Part shown: one piece after another, positions 9,795 through 18,644 of the stretch
Layout of the letters: every line of letters starts with the position of its first letter
Numbering within the stretch: the first letter of the stretch is position 1
From: Tepidisphaerales bacterium
Lineage (GTDB): Bacteria; Planctomycetota; Phycisphaerae; Tepidisphaerales; Tepidisphaeraceae
Assembly: GCA_038329865.1 (NCBI GenBank)
Contig: JBBQNK010000005.1
Span: 1-64,000 of the forward strand
Length of the DNA stretch: 64,000 nt
Reading direction: 5' to 3'
The notes under the pieces: generated by a model
Told to the model about the DNA's origin: nothing
Seen by the model: only the letters and a program-made list of their open reading frames with translations
Databases searched by the model: none
Program-made: the position numbers and the translations under genes

Positions 9795-9818
9795 GCCCAC
9801 GGCAGGCCTGCCGTGGGC
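9795..9818. terminator. perfect 12-bp-stem hairpin gcccacggcagg/cctgccgtgggc with a T-run on the minus strand
   Basis: A perfect palindrome preceded on the plus strand by ttctaaaa, which reads as a U-run after the hairpin on the minus strand. It lies at the edge of a 690-bp AT-richer non-coding region. Confidence 0.35.
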
Positions 9819-9886
9819 TTGGCTGCTTATCCGCGAGAGCCAGAGCCTAGGTCCGGTTCGTTTCTCGCTCTACAATCCGCCGCACC

Positions 9887-10636
9887 ATGGCGTTCATCGA
9901 TTACCATTTTTCCAGCGGCGTTTTGAGCAAGCAAACCTCGGCGTACGTGATCACGCCCGACACCGGACGCGGGCCGTTCCCGGTGTTCTACTTGTTGCAC
10001 GGGCTGTCGGATGATCACACCGTCTGGCACCGCCGCACGCGGATCGAGCAGTACGTGCAAGGCCTGCCGCTGATCGTGGTGATGCCCGACGGCGGGCGGA
10101 GTTTTTACACCGACGCGCACCAGGGCCACGCCTTCGCGAAGCATTTCGGCCAAGAGCTTCCGGCGAAAATCGAAGAGACCTTCCACGCCAAAACCACCGG
10201 CAAGGCGAGGTGCATCGGCGGGCTCTCGATGGGCGGGTACGGCGCGTTCCGCATCGGCCTGGGTTTTCCCGGGCGATACACCAGCGTCACCAGCCACAGC
10301 GGCGCGATGCAGATCGATCGCCACCGCCTCAACCGCGGCCCGGCCGGTGAGTTCGACCGAATCTTCGGCCCCTACCGCGCCGGCTCCGATCACGACCTAC
10401 TCGCGCTCGCGAAAAAAGCCAAACGACAATGTAAACTCCCCCGCCTTCGCATCGACTGCGGCACGGCCGACTTCCTGCTCGAACAAAACCGCAGCTACCA
10501 CACCGCGCTGCAAAAGGCCGGCGTGCCGCACGAGTACGAAGAATTCTCCGGGGAGCACAACTGGGATTACTGGGATCTGCACGTGCGCGAGGCGATTGAG
10601 TTTCACTGCAGGGCGCTGGGGATTAAGCGGGCGTGA
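9887..10636 (+). CDS. esterase-family alpha/beta hydrolase (esterase D / S-formylglutathione hydrolase-like)
   Basis: GLSMGG nucleophile elbow, HG oxyanion-type motif (LLHGLSDD) and a length of 249 aa. Confidence 0.75.
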   Translation: MAFIDYHFSSGVLSKQTSAYVITPDTGRGPFPVFYLLHGLSDDHTVWHRRTRIEQYVQGLPLIVVMPDGGRSFYTDAHQGHAFAKHFGQELPAKIEETFHAKTTGKARCIGGLSMGGYGAFRIGLGFPGRYTSVTSHSGAMQIDRHRLNRGPAGEFDRIFGPYRAGSDHDLLALAKKAKRQCKLPRLRIDCGTADFLLEQNRSYHTALQKAGVPHEYEEFSGEHNWDYWDLHVREAIEFHCRALGIKRA

Positions 10637-10845
10637 TCGCGTGAGTCTGACTTTTGTGGCACGGGCGGCTCGCCCTTGTGTTTGCTACACACCGAAGACC
10701 ATGGGCGAGCCGCCCATGCCACTCCGGACAACGTCATTGCAACTCGATTCCACCGATTTGGAACAGAAAATAAAAACCCGCCGGCGACTCGGAAAGTCAT
10801 CGCCGGCGGGCATCTTGTGGCTTGTTGCCGTCGCGCGTTGTTTGA

Positions 10846-11343
10846 TTACGCGGCGAGCGGCTGAGTGCTGAGGTACAGGCCGAGCATGCCGCGGTCCATT
10901 TCGTCCATGTCAACGAGCCGGCCGCAGACTTCGGCCTGGCTGTCGTCAATCTTCATCACGCGGGCGACGGTCATCCAGCCGATCCATTCACGCTTGGGCT
11001 TCGGATCATTGCTGCTTGTGTCGACGAACGGGCAGATGCCGGCGTAGTCGGGGAGGGCGAGCTTCACGCGAATTTGGCCGTCGGCTTTGATGTTGGCTTC
11101 CTGCGTGCGGATGCGAACCCCGCCGGCGGAGAGATCGACGAGCTGGCCCATTGTCTGGCCGGACTTGCGGGCGCCGTCCCAGCGCTCGACCGTGATGCCG
11201 GACTGTTCCAGATCATGCCGGCGGTGCTGGCGACGCTCGGATCCGGGCTTGGATTGGAACGGACCAATTTTCATCGAATTCTTTCGGCCGTGCTCGTGAA
11301 GGGTCGTCATCGCTGGCTCCTTTAGGACTGTGAACTGTGACAC
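10846..11343 (-). CDS. PilZ domain protein (putative c-di-GMP receptor)
   Basis: RRQHRR (RxxxR) and VDLSAGGVRIR (DxSxxG) PilZ signature pair. Confidence 0.65.
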   Translation of the reverse strand: MSQFTVLKEPAMTTLHEHGRKNSMKIGPFQSKPGSERRQHRRHDLEQSGITVERWDGARKSGQTMGQLVDLSAGGVRIRTQEANIKADGQIRVKLALPDYAGICPFVDTSSNDPKPKREWIGWMTVARVMKIDDSQAEVCGRLVDMDEMDRGMLGLYLSTQPLAA

Positions 11344-11482
11344 TCGATGCTGCTATCATCGGACGACTTTATGAATTGCTTGTGTTAATTTGGGTAGTTT
11401 TGGTAATTGGGGTATAAATTCTTTTATAGGACGGTTTTTTGCATCTAAAACCGCACTTTCCCGGAAATCGGGCGCTCACGCC

Positions 11483-11554
11483 GGTGTCTGAGGTACTCCG
11501 AAGGCCCGGATCGGTCGGGCGAAGAATCCGGGTCTTCGGAGTACCTCAGACACC
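11483..11554. repeat. REP/MITE-like palindromic element, family A (GAGGTACTCCGAAGG core)
   Basis: Inverted repeat ggtgtctgaggtactccgaaggcccggat ... atccgggtcttcggagtacctcagacacc. The same core recurs at 22561-22639 and 39440-39635. Confidence 0.7.
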
Positions 11555-11704
11555 AGCGTGTGAAAATTTGCCCGAAAATGAGCCCCGAGTGACCCGTTTC
11601 GAGAATGTTTCACCCCGCCCAAGGATTTTCTCGACGCGTTCCACACCATGTTGTAATGTTGGATCAATCAACACCCCGGCGATCGCACACGAGGCTTTTT
11701 CACT

Positions 11705-13243
11705 GTGTCTCTCTATCTGATGTATCTGTTCATCCTGTGGATGCTCTGGCGGCCGGGCCAAACGCCGATGACGGGGCACTTAGCCCTTCGCGTCAGCATG
11801 TTCTTCGGCTTTTACGTGCTGCTGATTCTCACCCTCGGGCTCTGGTCGCGATTCCTGGCCCGGCGGGTGGTGACGGCCAACCTCCACCGCAGCGTCAATC
11901 GATTCAACCGCATGGTGCATTACGCACGGTGGATGGTGCCGATCTGGTTCGCCGTCGGCATTTGGCTGCTGGGCTGGGGCGATTTGATGCAGATGATTTT
12001 CCCGCCCGTCAAAGAGGGCGAGCCGGTGGCGTGGATGGGATTTCATTCCCCGACGATGCTGCTGGGCATTCTGCCCGGGTTGCTGACGTGGATGGGCCTG
12101 TGGTGGGCGCAGTTTCCGGCCGACCGGGCGCTACGCGAGCAGAATCTGCTCAATCAGCTCGATGCCGACCTGCCGATCATCGACCCGCCGCGCTTCCGGC
12201 AGTATTTCAGCTCAAACTTTCGGATGCAGGTGCTAATGATCGGCATGCCGATGCTGCTGATCGTCGCGGTCGAAGACGTGCTGATGAAAGCCTGGACGCT
12301 TGTGGGCCAAACATCCAACGACACGGTCGAAGGGGTTTGCGCGGTGACGTCGCTGTTGCTGGTGTTCCTATTCGCGCCGCTGCTGCTGGTAAAGGTTCTC
12401 TCGACCGAGCCGCTGCCCGATTCGCCGTTACGGCGACGGCTGATGTCCATCAGCCGACGCGGGGGCGTGAAATGCCGGGATATTCTGCTTTGGAAAACCA
12501 ACGGCAACGTGAGCAACGCGGCCGTCATCGGGCTTGTGCCGCAGGTGCGGTACGTGCTGCTGAGCGACGCGCTGCTCGAGACGATGACCGACGAACACAT
12601 CGAGGCCGTCTTCGCCCATGAAATGGGGCACGTGGTTCACCGCCACATGGTGTGGTATGCGATCTTCTTCATTCTGTGCACCACCGGCGCCGGCGCACTG
12701 GCGGTTTCGTTTCAGAACCGCGTGACACTCGCCGGCCAACAGCTTTACGCGGTGGCCAGCATCGGAACGATGCTCTGGTTCTTCGGATTCTTGAGTCGCC
12801 AATGCGAGCGCCAGGCCGACGTATATGCCGCCCGGCTGATGGAACTCGAACACCGCAACACCTACGGCAGCACGAGCGAACTGGTATGGAACCCGGCCGA
12901 CCTCGTCGCGCCGCTCTCGCCGGCGATCGCGGGGGCGCAATTGGAGTTCATTCAATCGAGTGAGCGAACGTCGTTCCCGAATCCCAGCGTCGGCCGACAC
13001 GGCGCGGGACTTTTCTCAGCGGCCCTGCACCGCGTGGCGGTCGTCAACAACGTGCCGCTCGGAAAATTCGAGTGGCTGCACGGGAGCATCCAAAAGCGAC
13101 TGCATTTCATCCGCGAACTCGCCAGCCATCCCAACCGCACCGACCAGTTCGACCGCCAGATGCAGCGCATGTACGGCCTGCTGCTGCTGGGCTTTTTCGT
13201 GAGCCTTCTCTGGATCAGCGTGACGCAGCTGACGGGACGGTAG
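11705..13243 (+). CDS. membrane-embedded M48 family zinc metallopeptidase
   Basis: Multiple TM helices, HEMGHVVHRH (HExxH) and a downstream ERQADVYAA glutamate motif. Confidence 0.7.
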   Translation: MSLYLMYLFILWMLWRPGQTPMTGHLALRVSMFFGFYVLLILTLGLWSRFLARRVVTANLHRSVNRFNRMVHYARWMVPIWFAVGIWLLGWGDLMQMIFPPVKEGEPVAWMGFHSPTMLLGILPGLLTWMGLWWAQFPADRALREQNLLNQLDADLPIIDPPRFRQYFSSNFRMQVLMIGMPMLLIVAVEDVLMKAWTLVGQTSNDTVEGVCAVTSLLLVFLFAPLLLVKVLSTEPLPDSPLRRRLMSISRRGGVKCRDILLWKTNGNVSNAAVIGLVPQVRYVLLSDALLETMTDEHIEAVFAHEMGHVVHRHMVWYAIFFILCTTGAGALAVSFQNRVTLAGQQLYAVASIGTMLWFFGFLSRQCERQADVYAARLMELEHRNTYGSTSELVWNPADLVAPLSPAIAGAQLEFIQSSERTSFPNPSVGRHGAGLFSAALHRVAVVNNVPLGKFEWLHGSIQKRLHFIRELASHPNRTDQFDRQMQRMYGLLLLGFFVSLLWISVTQLTGR

Positions 13244-13608
13244 CGAAATTCGAATGACGAAATTCGAAATTCGATTGAAATTCGAATTACAAAAAGAATT
13301 CTGGCGTACGGGCTTCAGCCCGCGCGTCAGTCCTTCAACCAAATCACACTCTCCGGTAGCGCGTCAACTTGTATTGTTCCTCTCCCGGTATTCCGGGAAA
13401 GGGTAGGGTGAGGGTTCGGATTCCCGGGCCGAACGGTATTCAAATCGAAAAGACGTTGGCCTCGGTTGCGTTCTATCAATCGCCGATCGTATGAGCAAAC
13501 CGACAGAACCCTCACCCCGCCCTCTCCCGGCGTACCGGGAGAGGGAGAAATGCGCCTGCCGATTGAACGAATTTCGTCATTCAATCGAATTTCGTCATTC
13601 GAATTTTC
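13243..13608. mobile_element. MITE-like composite element with nested inverted repeats (outer cgaaattcgaa-type arms, inner family-B arms)
   Basis: The outer IR is ttcgaatgacgaaattcgaaattcg (13243-13290) against cgaatttcgtcattcaatcgaatttcgtcattcgaa (13562-13608). The inner IR is cctctcccggtattccgggaaagggtagggtgagggttc (13378-13416) against gaaccctcaccccgccctctcccggcgtaccgggagagg (13510-13549). The element has no ORF and lies between convergent genes. Confidence 0.55.
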
Positions 13609-13616
13609 ATCCACAC

Positions 13617-15836
13617 TCAGTGCGTCGTCACATGCGCTTCTTCGTGCCCGCCGTGCACCACGCCTGCGGGTGGTTCGGAAGCCGCAATGACCTGCACTGG
13701 AATCTCCGGCGGGAGCAGCGCTTCCAGACGGCGCTGGAACGTTCCCTTGATCAAGTGATACAGCACGCCCTGCCGGCTGCTGCCGATGAGGACTCGGTCG
13801 CAGCCGTAGATGGCGGCGTTTTCCGCCATCAGCTCGGCGGCGTCGGAGCCGGTGTCGTAGATCGGGAGCACCGGCACGCCCAACGAGTGGCCCCAGTCGA
13901 GGATCTTGCTGAAGGTCCGCAACGCCGCGAGATCGGAATCGATCGTCAGGCGTTTTTCGTCGTATTTGTACGACAGATTCACCTGCCGGATGAAGCAGAC
14001 GACGAGCGTGGAGTTGGATCGCTTCGCCTCGTCCAGCGCCGAGGGCGCCAGCGCTTCCGAGCCGTACGTCCCGAGCAGGATTTTCGGCTTCAGCAGCGCC
14101 GCCGGCGTGAGCTGCTCGGCGATCGCCTGTCGCAGCAGGCTGATTCGCGGACCCTTTCGGTCGGCCAGCCACTTGGTCAGCGCCCGCGCCGTCAGGCCGA
14201 TCGCCATGACGACGATCACGAACAGCAGCGCGTGCAACTTGGTGAACGCCAGCGAAACCCAGATCGCCAGCAGCACGATGCCCAGCAGCACCATCGGAAT
14301 CTTCCGGTGCATTCGGCGTAAGCGCGGGTGCGTCGCGCAGAGCGTGACGTTGATCGCCACCGCGCCGATCACGCCGATCGCGTAGAGCGCGGCCAGCGCT
14401 TCAAGATCGTGGCTGATCAACAGCACGAGAATCGGCACGGTCGCGGCGACGACGGCCGGCACCCACGGCACGCCGAAGCGGTTGAGCTTCTGCATGAAAA
14501 CGGGCAGCTCGCCGTCGCGGGCCATGAGGTATTGCACGGAGATCATGTCGGTCAGCGCGGTGTTCGTCGCCGAGAGCAGAAGGATGCCTCCGACGATCTG
14601 CACGAGTAGCTTGCCAATGCCGAGCGTGTAGTGATCGGTATACAAGCCCGCGAGGTACGCGAGCATGTCGGCGGTGTGATGCGAGCGGTCGAGCGGGAAG
14701 ACGGCGATCATCGCAAAAGCCAGGATCACGTTAAAGATCGCGACTTCCGCCGTCACGACCCAGATCGCTTTTTTAGCCGTGTGAGCGACGGGCTTTTTCA
14801 TCACGCCGGTGAGATTGGCGATCGCCTCCACGCCCGACAGCGCCAGCACGATCGATACGAACGCGATCCACATCTCGCCGGGGCGAATGTGCGTGCTGGT
14901 ATCGAGCAGGTTGGCCCAGTGGATGTGGTGGTAATCGATCTGCGGCAGCGCGAACGCGGTGATGAGCAGCGTGATGACGATCATGCCGACGGCCGCGAAG
15001 ATCGCGAACCCGCCGGTGTGCTTCGGGCCCATCAGGTTGAACATGCCGATGCCTGCAATAGCGACAATCGCCCACAGGCCCGGCGAATCCCACTCCAGCA
15101 GCGACTCGCTCGCCTGCGGCTGCGAGTCTTCGTAGAGCTGCTGCACGTCGGCGCGGTAACTCGCGTCGGCCGAGAGCGCCTTGAGCCGTTGGTACTCCTC
15201 CTCGGTCATCGGGCGATCGAACACCACCCACTGCTTGCCTTCAAAGACGAGCATTTGCTTGTCGGTGTCGTACTTGAGCAGGGCTTTGAAGACCGGCGAC
15301 GCCAGCACTTCCGCCGGCGGAGCGGCGGCTGCGAGGTGCGGGGCGTTTTCTACATTCAACCCCGCCCCGGCGTCTTTTACTTTCGATGTTTCGGTTCCTG
15401 CAGCAGCGGCGGCGGCGCTTTCGTCGGTCTGAACCTGGTGATGGCGCGGCAGGCCGAAATAGTGGAACGCATCGAGCGCGCTCAGGCTGGCCGTGACGGT
15501 GTAGTCGGCGAAGAGCAGCAGCGCGCCGACGACCGCGAGCGTTTTACTCTTGGATTTCGCCGCCGTGTAAACGCCGCCGCCGTCGGGGTAGATGCGGCAG
15601 ATCTGCGTGTACGCCCAACCGACGGCCACGATCAGAAGGCTCATCAGCAGGATGAGGTAAAAGCTCGTCCGCCCGGCGAAGAGGAACGCGAGCCCGAGCA
15701 CGTACAGTCGACTCGTGCCCCAGTCGCCGAACAAGAGCCCCGCCGCCTGCAGCCAGGTGACGTTGCGTGGCCGTTCAGCCGCGAGCAGGGATAAAGCCTC
15801 AGGCTTTGCCTTGCCACCAGTGGGAGCGGAATGCAT
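13617..15836 (-). CDS. KUP/APC-superfamily transporter fused to C-terminal universal-stress-protein (Usp) domain, paralogue 1
   Basis: About 12 TM helices. The N-terminal GDWGTSRLYVLGLAF resembles the KUP K+ transporter signature GD(I/L)GTSPLY. The C-terminal ~140 aa form a Usp-like alpha/beta domain (VVCFIRQVNLSY...VLIGSSRQGVLYHLIKGTF). It contains an Ala/Glu-rich low-complexity insert that is absent from paralogue 2. Confidence 0.7.
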   Translation of the reverse strand: MHSAPTGGKAKPEALSLLAAERPRNVTWLQAAGLLFGDWGTSRLYVLGLAFLFAGRTSFYLILLMSLLIVAVGWAYTQICRIYPDGGGVYTAAKSKSKTLAVVGALLLFADYTVTASLSALDAFHYFGLPRHHQVQTDESAAAAAAGTETSKVKDAGAGLNVENAPHLAAAAPPAEVLASPVFKALLKYDTDKQMLVFEGKQWVVFDRPMTEEEYQRLKALSADASYRADVQQLYEDSQPQASESLLEWDSPGLWAIVAIAGIGMFNLMGPKHTGGFAIFAAVGMIVITLLITAFALPQIDYHHIHWANLLDTSTHIRPGEMWIAFVSIVLALSGVEAIANLTGVMKKPVAHTAKKAIWVVTAEVAIFNVILAFAMIAVFPLDRSHHTADMLAYLAGLYTDHYTLGIGKLLVQIVGGILLLSATNTALTDMISVQYLMARDGELPVFMQKLNRFGVPWVPAVVAATVPILVLLISHDLEALAALYAIGVIGAVAINVTLCATHPRLRRMHRKIPMVLLGIVLLAIWVSLAFTKLHALLFVIVVMAIGLTARALTKWLADRKGPRISLLRQAIAEQLTPAALLKPKILLGTYGSEALAPSALDEAKRSNSTLVVCFIRQVNLSYKYDEKRLTIDSDLAALRTFSKILDWGHSLGVPVLPIYDTGSDAAELMAENAAIYGCDRVLIGSSRQGVLYHLIKGTFQRRLEALLPPEIPVQVIAASEPPAGVVHGGHEEAHVTTH

Positions 15837-16464
15837 AGGTCGAATCGCTTTCGATTGGAGCGATCTGACGCGACCATCCGTCACGGTTCACAACGAACTT
15901 GCGTTCGTGGCTACCGACGGATTCGGATCTTCACGTCAAAAAGCCCAGACGTTCAACACCCTCAACGATTTTCATCGTTGAAACGCGGAAACGTCTTCAT
16001 CGCACAGCGCTGGCTCGGAAGGTGATCAACACTGAATGTGCTGATCCACAGAGGCTTCGCCTCTGCACAGTGGAGCTTGCGTTGCGCCCTTTCACAGGCC
16101 TACGGGGTTAGCTGACGGGCTAGGGCTTGAAAGTGCCCCGGGACTTTTGTGAGTCCCTTAGCCCCCGGTGAGCAGTAACTTCCTTCTGCTCACCCTTGGG
16201 TTCCCCGCGTCGCACCATCGGGCACGACCTCGGCGGTCACATAACACGGCTGATAGCGTGACACGTTTTTGGGAGATGTCAATGGTCTTTTTGCACACGC
16301 GTTTTGCACATTCGCTCAATCGTTTGCAAGGGCGGGAGTTATGAACAATCTTGGGGAAAAGTTGAGTTTCGGGGCTCGAATTTCGGGTTTCAGGGATGAT
16401 GGATTTGATCCACTCAGGACTCGATACTCGCAAACCCAGACCTCAGGACCCGGAGCCCCAGGAG

Positions 16465-18474
16465 TCACTTCACCGGCTCCGTCTCTTTCAACTTGTCGGC
16501 GGCTTCGGTGTCGATTTGTGCTTGCGTCGGCTCGGTCGTGTGGACGACTTCGACCTGCATGTCGGGCGGCAGGAGCGATTCGAGCTTTCGCTGGAAGCTC
16601 CCCTTGATCAGGTGGTGCAGCGAGCTTCGCCGGCTTGAGCCAATCAGCACTTTATCCACGCCGTTGATGGCGGCGGTCTCGGCGATCAGCTCCGCCGAGT
16701 TCGGGCCGGTGTCGTACATCGGGATGATCGGCACGCCGAAACGGTGGCCGAGATCGAGGAAGTCGACGAACAGCGCCTGGGCGGCCGGGTCGGTGTCGAG
16801 CGTGAGCGTGACGTCGCTCTCGACCTTATACGACAGCGCGACTTCGCGCACGTAGCAGACGACGAGCGCGGCATTGAGCGATTTGGCCAGTTCCAGCGCC
16901 GGCGTGGCCAGCCGGGAAGAGCCGGCGGTCGAGAGCAGGATCTTCGGCTTCATCAGCGCTTCGGGCGTGAGTTGCTCGACGATCGCCTGGCGCAGCAGCG
17001 AAGGCTTGGGCCGTTTCGTCGCTGCGAAGCGCGTGAGCTGCCGCGCCGTCAGGCCGACGACCATCACGATCGACACGAAGATCAGCGCGTGAATCTTGGT
17101 GTACGCGAGCGTCGCCCACACGCCGATCAGCAGCAGGCCGATCGCCAGCATGAAAATCTTGCGCCGCACCTTGCGCAAGCGCGGGTGGAACGCCGTCAGC
17201 AAACAGTTGATTGAGACCGCCCCGACAATGCCGATCGCGTAGAGCTGCGCGAGCTTTTCAAGATCGTGAAAGAACAGCAGCACGGCAGCGGGGACGATCG
17301 TCGCAATCACGCAGCCGATCCACGGCGAGCCGAAGCTGTTGAGCTTCTGCAGCACCTGCGGGAGCTCGCTGTCGCGGCTCATGACGTACACGGTGCTCAT
17401 CAGTGCGCCGATGGCGGTGTTGGTCGCGCTCAGCAGCAGCACGCCGCCGACGATTCGCACCGGCCATTCGCCCCACGGGCCGACGTAATGCCCGGCGAGG
17501 AACGCGAGCATGTCTTCCTTGTGCCCTTCGCGTCCCAGGCCCGACGTGGAGACCATGATTAGCGCCAGCAGCAGGTTGAAGACCGCCACCTCGGCCGCCA
17601 CGAGCCAGATCGATTTGCTCGCGGTTTTGTAGACCGGCTTGTGCATCACGCCGGTGAGATTGGCGATCGCCTCCACGCCTGATAGCGCAAGCACCACCGC
17701 CACGAACGCCTGCCACATGTCCAGCGGCGGCTGGTGTAAAGTGCCGACGTTTATCTCCGACCATTTCAGCTGCGGCAGCGCAAAGAGCGTGACCAGGAGC
17801 GTGATGGCGATCATCCCCACCGCCGCCATGATCGCCGGGCCGGCCGTGTGCTTGGGGCCGAGGAGATTCAGTGCGCCGATCAGAAAAATCGCGAAGATCG
17901 CCCACAATCCGGGGCTGTCCCAGTGCCACAACGTCGGCGTTTTGAAGGATTTCCTCTCCAGCACCTTGGCGGGCTCGCCACTGGGCTGGGTTTCCTCGAT
18001 TTTCACGACGACGGTCTCGACCTTGTCGGATTCGAGCCGCACGTCGTCGCCGGCGTCTTCTTCAGCCACCAGCGCCGCGCGGTGCTCACCAAGCCCGAAG
18101 TAGTGGAACGCTTCCACGGCGCTGAGCGAAGCGGTGATCGTGTAGTCGGAAAATAAGAGCAGCGCCCCTACCACGCCGAGCAGCGCATTGCGATGCCTCG
18201 CCGCGGTGTAAACGCCGCCGCCGTCGGGGTAGATTCGGCAGACCTGCGTGTACGCCCAGGCGACAAGCAGAATGAGAATGCTCATCGCCGCGATGAGGAA
18301 AAAGCTGCTCCGCCCCGCGACCAGGAACGCCAGGCCCAGCACGTACAGCCGGCTGGTGCCCCAATCGCCGAACAGCAGACCGGCCGCCCCGAACCATCCG
18401 AGATTGCGCGGGCGCTTGCTGGCCAGAAGGGAAAGGGCTTGCGGTCGATGCGGATCGGCGTGTGAATCGCTCAT
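16465..18474 (-). CDS. KUP/APC-superfamily transporter fused to C-terminal Usp domain, paralogue 2
   Basis: It shares near-identical N-terminal blocks (GDWGTSRLYVLGLAF, CRIYPDGGGVYTAA) with the ORF at 13617-15836 and has the same domain order. Confidence 0.7.
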   Translation of the reverse strand: MSDSHADPHRPQALSLLASKRPRNLGWFGAAGLLFGDWGTSRLYVLGLAFLVAGRSSFFLIAAMSILILLVAWAYTQVCRIYPDGGGVYTAARHRNALLGVVGALLLFSDYTITASLSAVEAFHYFGLGEHRAALVAEEDAGDDVRLESDKVETVVVKIEETQPSGEPAKVLERKSFKTPTLWHWDSPGLWAIFAIFLIGALNLLGPKHTAGPAIMAAVGMIAITLLVTLFALPQLKWSEINVGTLHQPPLDMWQAFVAVVLALSGVEAIANLTGVMHKPVYKTASKSIWLVAAEVAVFNLLLALIMVSTSGLGREGHKEDMLAFLAGHYVGPWGEWPVRIVGGVLLLSATNTAIGALMSTVYVMSRDSELPQVLQKLNSFGSPWIGCVIATIVPAAVLLFFHDLEKLAQLYAIGIVGAVSINCLLTAFHPRLRKVRRKIFMLAIGLLLIGVWATLAYTKIHALIFVSIVMVVGLTARQLTRFAATKRPKPSLLRQAIVEQLTPEALMKPKILLSTAGSSRLATPALELAKSLNAALVVCYVREVALSYKVESDVTLTLDTDPAAQALFVDFLDLGHRFGVPIIPMYDTGPNSAELIAETAAINGVDKVLIGSSRRSSLHHLIKGSFQRKLESLLPPDMQVEVVHTTEPTQAQIDTEAADKLKETEPVK

Positions 18475-18644
18475 GAGTCTGAAGTCTTGATTTTCAATTC
18501 AAACGAACCGCCCGAGTCGCGTTTCACACGACACAATCCTGCGCGATATCAGGCGGCAGACAGGTTGACTTGCTTCGCTGCAAATTCCCCGGCAATCGTC
18601 AACTTTTCCTGCGCTCACACCCTATCAGAGACGAGGCTGACCGG

